From: Lentisphaeria bacterium
Lineage (GTDB): Bacteria > Verrucomicrobiota > Lentisphaeria > JABSQK01 > JAWLHB01
Direction of reading: 5' to 3'
Assembly (NCBI GenBank): GCA_041690595.1
Contig: JAWLHB010000034.1
Coordinates: 62,001 to 88,414, forward strand
Length of the DNA: 26,414 nucleotides
In this document: piece after piece, positions 20,943-26,414 of the stretch
Layout of the letters: every line of letters begins with the position of its first letter
Position numbering within the stretch: the first letter of the stretch is position 1
The notes under the pieces: generated by a model
Told to the model about the DNA's origin: nothing
The model's input: the letters and a program-made list of their open reading frames with translations, nothing else
Databases searched by the model: none
Program-made: the position numbers and the translations under genes

Positions 20943-22148
20943 ATGAGGCGCAGTTGCGAGAAGTTGTTCTTGATGTGTGCGGTCTGCCTGTTGGCATTTG
21001 GTTGCGGCTGCGATGCGCTCCGGTCCCGGCGGCTGAACAAACTGAAGCAGCAACTTGAAGAGCGTTCCGTAAGTCTTGAGGATCGTAACGGGCGTCTTAA
21101 CCTGACCTTTACAGGCTGCAGCGGCGCCACGGTGGACGAGACATTTCAGCTATTGATGCCGTTTGCGGAGCAGGTCGACGAGGTGAGCTTCGAGGGTGGA
21201 GATCTCAGGGGGATTGCTCTCGAGGTTCCGAATGCATTTTCACCATACTACCTGACATTGCGGGCATGCACGGTGGATAGTTCATCCCTGGCACGTATTT
21301 CCGGTTTGGGAAACAAGCTGGAAATCCTGTCGCTCACAAATGTAAGGGGAGTAGAGCCGCAGCTCCTGCTGCGTACGTGGAGTGGAATGGAAACCCTGAC
21401 GGCTGCTTACATGAACATTTCCGATGGAGATTTGCAGGGTGCGTTTGATTCCACCTCTATTGTAAGGCTGAATCTAATGGGAACGCAGGTTACCGGCGAG
21501 CTATTTGACAATCCAGAAGATTGGCCGCGGCTGAAATCGTTGAGTTTGCTGAGGTGTCCGGTGAGCTCGCGAGGGCTGTCGAGCATCGTTGAGCTGCCAG
21601 AGCTTCAGGGACTGGAGCTGTCGGATACTCACATCGAGAATGTCGGTCAAGCACCCGAGAAGAAGCTTTACCTCGCTGATCTTGTCCTGCGCAGGGCTGT
21701 TGTCAGTCAGGAGCTGAGTCGCTGGTTCAGAGACGCAGTTGTTCCGGCGTCACTGTGGGCCGAGGGAGCCGCGATTGCGCCAGCGGATTTCATCGAGATG
21801 GTGAATGGATGGGCTGAAGATCTGGTGCTGATCGACTGCCGCGGTGTTGACATGTCGTCAGCTGGTGAGACTATGCGTGTGAGGGACTTGTCGCATATCA
21901 AAGTGTTGTACGCTCAGGAATGTCAACTGAAGGATGACTTTGTGGAGGCCCTTGCAGCACTGAATACGCTGGTGAACGTAGATATCAGCGGCAACGCAGA
22001 CATCAGCTGGCCTGCGGTGCAGAAGCTTTTTGATCTGGAAAGTCTGCAAAACTTGACTCTTCCCTCCCATTTGCGTGAGCATGTCGATGGAGGATTTGCC
22101 ATCATCCATGGTACTTCTGTATTTGTTCATGAAGACGTCGTGCCGTGA
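20943..22148 (+). CDS. leucine-rich-repeat protein, probable lipoprotein
   Basis: MRR..hydrophobic..LAFGC lipobox-like N-terminus; LRR units such as RLKSLSLLRCPVSSRGL, ELQGLELSDTHI and SLQNLTLP. Many A/T-ending codons, unlike its neighbours. An upstream ATG at 20910 is possible. Confidence 0.75.
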   Translation: MRRSCEKLFLMCAVCLLAFGCGCDALRSRRLNKLKQQLEERSVSLEDRNGRLNLTFTGCSGATVDETFQLLMPFAEQVDEVSFEGGDLRGIALEVPNAFSPYYLTLRACTVDSSSLARISGLGNKLEILSLTNVRGVEPQLLLRTWSGMETLTAAYMNISDGDLQGAFDSTSIVRLNLMGTQVTGELFDNPEDWPRLKSLSLLRCPVSSRGLSSIVELPELQGLELSDTHIENVGQAPEKKLYLADLVLRRAVVSQELSRWFRDAVVPASLWAEGAAIAPADFIEMVNGWAEDLVLIDCRGVDMSSAGETMRVRDLSHIKVLYAQECQLKDDFVEALAALNTLVNVDISGNADISWPAVQKLFDLESLQNLTLPSHLREHVDGGFAIIHGTSVFVHEDVVP

Positions 22149-22186
22149 TCATGAGGCGGTCGCCGGGGGGGCGGGAGGACGTAACA

Positions 22187-22218
22187 GGATCAGGCGGATT
22201 TGACGGATCAGACGGATC
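22187..22218 (+). repeat. degenerate 9-bp tandem repeat GGATYWGRC (about 3.5 copies)
   Basis: GGATCAGGC GGATTTGAC GGATCAGAC GGATC. Confidence 0.8.
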
Positions 22219-22316
22219 TTGAGGGCAAATGCAGGGCCGTTGGGGAGAACGGTGCCATCGGTCACCTCAACGTGCACCACTGTTCTGGGGGTAACTTGGG
22301 TTTAGCGATTGGTCGC

Positions 22317-22344
22317 TTGCGGAGAAAGGGGGAGGAGGTACTTT
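22317..22344 (+). promoter_or_regulatory. candidate promoter for the GH116 gene
   Basis: TTGCGG (22317-22322), 16 nt, TACTTT (22339-22344). Confidence 0.4.
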
Positions 22345-22398
22345 AGGTGCTTTACGTGTAACTGGTTTTGAGACTATTGCTTTTCAAGGGGATTGATC

Positions 22399-25218
22399 AT
22401 GGGGACGATACGCCGCTGGAACGAGTATGAGGACTGGATCGAGATCTGCGACCGCCGGCAGCTTGCGGCGGTGGGGAATGACCGGTATACGCTGGTCCTC
22501 AACTTTGGTGGTCCGGGGGCGGAGACGCCGTATCACCTGTACGCGCGGGTGACGGCGGGCAACGAGCAGGCGATTTCCGAGGTGGAGGTGGAGCGTACGA
22601 GGCTGGAGAGCGCGTTCGAGGCGCTGGAGGTGCCGGGTATGGCTGAGGGGATGCGCTGGGTGCACTTGGGCATCATCCGGACGAAGCGCGATTATCGCCG
22701 CCTGACGATTACGGTGCCGGGAGGTTTGAGCCGGATCGACACGCTCTGCCTGGTGCAGATTCCGGACCGGATGCTGTCGGGTGAGGTGGAGCGGCAGGTG
22801 CGTCGCCGGGGGTTGGCTCCGGAGCCGTTGAGCGGGGTGCCGCTGGGGGGAATCGGCGCGGGAAAGGTCGAGTTCTGCCGTGACGGGCGTTTCCGGAATA
22901 TCACGATCAATGGCAATATCGACACGCCGATCCGGCAATCGGAGGGGAGCTTTCTGGCGATTCGGGCGGAGAGTGAGGGGCGGGCGCTGGGTCGGGTCGT
23001 GGGGAGTGAATCGCTGCATGGCCTGCCGCCGTTCGAGGAGACGGAATACGAGGGATTGTATCCGCGGGCGACGTGGCGTGGGCGGGACCGGTACCTGCCG
23101 ATCAGCGTGGAGATTGTGGCGCGGGGGACAATTGCGCCGCGGAAGGTGAGCGATTCGTCGCTGCCGCTGGCGCTGTTCAGCGTGCGTGTGTCGTCGACGA
23201 CGCATGCGCCGGTGAAGGCGAGCGTCGCTTTCAGTTGGGAGAACCTGCTGGGGCTTGGGGGGACGGTGGCCGATCGTGGCAAGCCTCGCGAGAGCTGGGA
23301 CGAAGGGTTTTACTCGCTGTGGGAAGAACGGCATGGCAATTATGAGATGCCCTGGCAAGGGGCGGAGGGGAGTGGATTGCTCTTCGATGGGGGCGAGAAG
23401 GAAGAGAAGCGGTCGGAGGGGCAGTACATTCTGGCAATGGACGGTGAGAGCTGCAACCATCAGTGCAGCTGGCGGCCGGGGATGGGGAATCAGTTGTGGG
23501 CGGATTTTGTCGACAGGGGTGAGCTGCCGGTGGAGTATGGGGACGCCTCGACGGGGGAGGCAACGGCGGGTGCCATCGCGGTGTCGGTGGATCTGGCACC
23601 GGGTGAGGTGCGGGAGATCCGCTTCGTGCTTGCCTGGTACGTGCCGCATTTCTGGCAGGCGGAGGGGCATGGCGACTACAGCCACTACTACTGCAACGAG
23701 TTCGACTCCGCGGCGGCTGTCGCGGAGTATGGCCTGCGCCATTTTGCGCGGCTGAGCGTGGCGGCGGATGAGGTGCCGGAGCTGCTGCAGCGGTCGACAC
23801 TGCCGGAGTGGCTGAAGCGGTCGCTGCCGAACGACGCGTACGTGATGAGCACGGATTCGTGGCTGACGAAGGATGGGCGCTTTGCGATCAACGAGGGGGC
23901 TTCGCACATGTTCGGCTGCATGGGGACTCTGGATCAGAAGCTCTATGCGAACCATTATGCGACGCTCTTCTTTCCGGAACTGGACCGGACGGAGCTGCTG
24001 GGCTTTGCCCGCGCCCAGGGGGATAATGGCGCCATTCAGCACGACCTTGGCTTTGGCCATCTGGAACAAAAGAAGCGAGGGCACGGCTGGCCGGATCTCA
24101 CCTCGTCGATGGTCATTCTCTCGCTCAAGCATTACCAGTTGACGGGGGACCAGGCGTACATCGATGAGGTCTACCCGGTCTGCGTCAAGGCGCTGCTGGA
24201 GTTTCAGTTGGGCATGGACAGTGACGATGACGGGATCGCCAATATCTCCGGTGTCGGCAATACGTTCGACGCGGAGAAGTTCGAGGGAACCAGCTCGTAC
24301 ATCGCGACGGTCTGGCTGGCGGCGTTGAAGTCGCTGGAGGAGCTGGCGGAGCGTCGGCGCGACAGGGCCACGGCAGAGCGATGCCGGGAGATCTTCGCGA
24401 AGGCGCGGACGAGCGCGATCGCGCAGTTGTGGAATGGGCGGTACTTCGCGAACTACTACGACAGCAGCACGCAAAAGGGATCGCCGAACAGCCATATTTC
24501 GCAGGTGGCGGGGGAGTTCTTCGCGCGGCTGATGCAGCTTGGGCCGCTTTATGGCGACGAGTATGTACGGCAGGCGCTGGACAGCATGCTGAAGCTGAAC
24601 TATCACCCGCGCCTGGTCTTTCCGACGAACGAGGCGACACCGGAGGGGCGCATGCCCTGCCGGACGATGTGGGGGTGGCTGCCGCACACGCGCGTCTACC
24701 TGGGGGGCATTCCGCTCTTCTTCGATATGGCGGAACGGGGGCTGGATGCCCTGCGGCGGATGGACGAGGTGATCGAGCGGGTCAATCATGGCAACCGGTG
24801 GGATCTGCGCCTCTTCTATGAGCCGGACACGGGGCGCGAGCACTGGGGGCGTTTCTACATGACGGCGGCGGCGACCTGGTACATTTACCAGGCGCTGGTC
24901 GGGTATTTCCTCGACAAACCGAAGGGGACGCTGGGCTTCCTGCCAAATCTGCCGGATTCCCTGCTGCCCTTCGAGGGGCCGATCTTCCTGCCGGATGTGT
25001 GGCTGTGGCTGCGACTGGACAGCGCGCGCTCGACCTACGATTTGCGGGTGATCAAGTCGCTGGGGGATGGGCCGCTGCGGATCCATAAGCTGCTGCTGCC
25101 GGTGAGCAGCACGCCGCCGCGGGTCATTCTGAATGGAGAGGTTGTGTCGCTCGCGCTGGAGAAAGAAGATGCACAGCGGGGCAGTTGCGGTTATCGTACG
25201 TATATGGAACTGGGATAG
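22399..25218 (+). CDS. GH116 (GBA2-like) glycoside hydrolase
   Basis: SGVPLGGIGAG, YEGLYP, SSLP..F, FVLAWY.P, NEG..GTLDQ..Y, FPEL, HDLG, WPDL, D.D.DGI..NTFD and LWNGRYF. No signal peptide. Confidence 0.88.
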   Translation: MGTIRRWNEYEDWIEICDRRQLAAVGNDRYTLVLNFGGPGAETPYHLYARVTAGNEQAISEVEVERTRLESAFEALEVPGMAEGMRWVHLGIIRTKRDYRRLTITVPGGLSRIDTLCLVQIPDRMLSGEVERQVRRRGLAPEPLSGVPLGGIGAGKVEFCRDGRFRNITINGNIDTPIRQSEGSFLAIRAESEGRALGRVVGSESLHGLPPFEETEYEGLYPRATWRGRDRYLPISVEIVARGTIAPRKVSDSSLPLALFSVRVSSTTHAPVKASVAFSWENLLGLGGTVADRGKPRESWDEGFYSLWEERHGNYEMPWQGAEGSGLLFDGGEKEEKRSEGQYILAMDGESCNHQCSWRPGMGNQLWADFVDRGELPVEYGDASTGEATAGAIAVSVDLAPGEVREIRFVLAWYVPHFWQAEGHGDYSHYYCNEFDSAAAVAEYGLRHFARLSVAADEVPELLQRSTLPEWLKRSLPNDAYVMSTDSWLTKDGRFAINEGASHMFGCMGTLDQKLYANHYATLFFPELDRTELLGFARAQGDNGAIQHDLGFGHLEQKKRGHGWPDLTSSMVILSLKHYQLTGDQAYIDEVYPVCVKALLEFQLGMDSDDDGIANISGVGNTFDAEKFEGTSSYIATVWLAALKSLEELAERRRDRATAERCREIFAKARTSAIAQLWNGRYFANYYDSSTQKGSPNSHISQVAGEFFARLMQLGPLYGDEYVRQALDSMLKLNYHPRLVFPTNEATPEGRMPCRTMWGWLPHTRVYLGGIPLFFDMAERGLDALRRMDEVIERVNHGNRWDLRLFYEPDTGREHWGRFYMTAAATWYIYQALVGYFLDKPKGTLGFLPNLPDSLLPFEGPIFLPDVWLWLRLDSARSTYDLRVIKSLGDGPLRIHKLLLPVSSTPPRVILNGEVVSLALEKEDAQRGSCGYRTYMELG

Positions 25219-25249
25219 TCCCGGTTCTTCATTTCAAGGAGAGCTGACG

Positions 25250-25768
25250 ATGAAGCGGATTCTCTACATGGTACTGGCACTGTTCTGCTGTGCTCACCTC
25301 GCATGCGACGCCAACGCCCAGGAAAAGGCAGTGGATGCGGAGGCGCTGAAGGCAGGGCGCGAGCTGATGACGCTGATGAGCATTCATGACAACCTGGACA
25401 AGATGACGGAGCAGATCATGGCGTTTGCGGAGACCATGGTTCAGCAGGAGGAGCTGACACCGGAGCAGGCCGCCAAGGCGAAGGCAGCGCTTCATGCGTC
25501 GATGAAGTCGACCTTCGACAAGATGCGCGAGATCGACTTCGACAGCATGTTCGCCGAGATCTATGCGGAAGTCTTTACCGCGGAGGAGATACGGGCGCTG
25601 ATCGACTTCTTCAAGTCGCCGACCGGCAGCAAGTATCTGGAGAAGCAGCAGCAGCTGGCCACGGCGACCATGCAGCGGATGCAGGTGGTGATGAAGGACT
25701 GGATGCCGGATATCAACAAGGAAGTCGAGAAGGCGGTACGGCAGGCCGAGGCCGACGCGCAGCAGTAG
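25250..25768 (+). CDS. DUF2059-like exported protein
   Basis: Signal peptide after AAGGAG, and the motif IYAEVFTAEEIRALIDFFKSPTGSKYLEK. Confidence 0.85.
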   Translation: MKRILYMVLALFCCAHLACDANAQEKAVDAEALKAGRELMTLMSIHDNLDKMTEQIMAFAETMVQQEELTPEQAAKAKAALHASMKSTFDKMREIDFDSMFAEIYAEVFTAEEIRALIDFFKSPTGSKYLEKQQQLATATMQRMQVVMKDWMPDINKEVEKAVRQAEADAQQ

Positions 25769-25816
25769 GTGCTCGCGTATGGGCTGATGGATGATCCGAC
25801 ATGGAGGTGCGGGGCG

Positions 25817-26267
25817 ATGGAGTATGCGCTGAAGGTTGAGTCGGAGGAGGTGACGGGGGATGCGTACCCAGCGGGGACGGTTCGTCTCACCTACAGAAGT
25901 GGCTTTGACGGGAGCCGAGACTGGGCGCTTTTTCTGCCCGGCAGAAGCGACAGGAAGACGGTTGTGTACCTCCATGGCTCGTTCTCGGATGGGGGCCAGA
26001 TCTTCACGCGTGAGGATATCCGCGCGTTCTGGCTGAGCCGGATTCTGGAGGGCGGCCACTCGCTGTTGTCCATCAACATGCGCGGGACGTCCTACATGAG
26101 CCCGGGGGCGACCGCGGACTTGACAGCTCTGCTGGCCCATGCCCGAAGCATGCTGGGGTGCCGGCAGTTCGTGCTGCTGGGGGGCTCCGGTGGCGCCTCC
26201 AGCGCCATGGCCTACACGGTGTTGCATCCGGAGAATGTCGCTGGGGTCGTCGCCATGGGGATGTGCG
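25817..26267 (+). pseudogene. alpha/beta hydrolase, 5' part interrupted by an IS (not in the ORF track)
   Basis: Manual translation after GGAGGT: MEYALKV..KTVVYLHGS..LLSINMRG..FVLLGGSGGASSA..HPENVAGVVAMGMC (150 codons). The sequence then switches abruptly to an IS66-like end. Confidence 0.8.
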
Positions 26268-26368
26268 GTAAGCGTCAAAAATACCCCATGTTGTTTTTGG
26301 GGCCAGACGCCTACGCGGTAAGCGTCAAAAATACCCCATGTTGTTTTTGGGGCCAGACGCCTACGCGG
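26265..26368 (+). repeat. exact 50-bp tandem duplication
   Basis: GCGGTAAGCGTCAAAAATACCCCATGTTGTTTTTGGGGCCAGACGCCTAC at 26265-26314 and 26315-26364, followed by GCGG. Confidence 0.97.
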
Positions 26369-26414
26369 CTTGGGCCTTGGCTTCGCGCTTTGCTTTCCAG
26401 ACGTCGGGGAGGAA
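26268..26414 (-). mobile_element. right end of an IS66-family insertion sequence (partial, runs off the window)
   Basis: Terminus GTAAGCGTC, which is ..GGGG..GACGCTTAC on the minus strand and typical of IS66 ends, next to a TnpC-like C-terminus. Confidence 0.8.
26361..26414 (-). CDS. tnpC: C-terminal tip of an IS66 transposase (partial)
   Basis: Minus strand FLPDVWKAKREAKAQAA*, resembling the LLPxxW C-terminal motif of IS66 TnpC. Only 17 residues are visible. Confidence 0.65.
   Translation of the reverse strand, partial: FLPDVWKAKREAKAQAA

Noticed and set aside
22384..25086. 900-aa minus-strand ORF
   Set aside because: Antisense shadow of the GH116 gene. It is R/P/H-rich with no motifs, as expected from GC3 bias.
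26265..26368. Possible CRISPR array
   Set aside because: Two abutting 50-bp copies with no spacer and no cas genes; better explained as an IS end.

Overview
High-GC bacterial chromosomal segment. The SecA architecture, short-form UvrC and secreted HEAT/LRR proteins suggest a PVC-superphylum organism such as Lentisphaerae, Kiritimatiellae or Verrucomicrobia, but this is inference only. The left two-thirds is mostly housekeeping: fabI, an ABC-2 exporter pair, an FmdB zinc ribbon plus HIT hydrolase, sfsA, rbsK-uvrC-yqeY, a HEAT-repeat protein, secA and two Gfo/Idh/MocA oxidoreductases. From about 16.5 kb it looks accessory: a TetR / DUF2339-like / DUF3999-like operon with a clear palindromic operator, a lower-GC LRR lipoprotein gene, a GH116 glycosidase, a DUF2059-like protein, and an alpha/beta hydrolase missing from the ORF track. 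That hydrolase is cut off by the right end of an IS66-like element whose terminal 50 bp are tandemly duplicated. Short arrays with 9-bp periodicity sit in three intergenic gaps of the accessory part, and two related arrays bracket the LRR gene. No rRNA, tRNA or CRISPR array was seen. All family assignments come from motif recognition by eye, not database searches.
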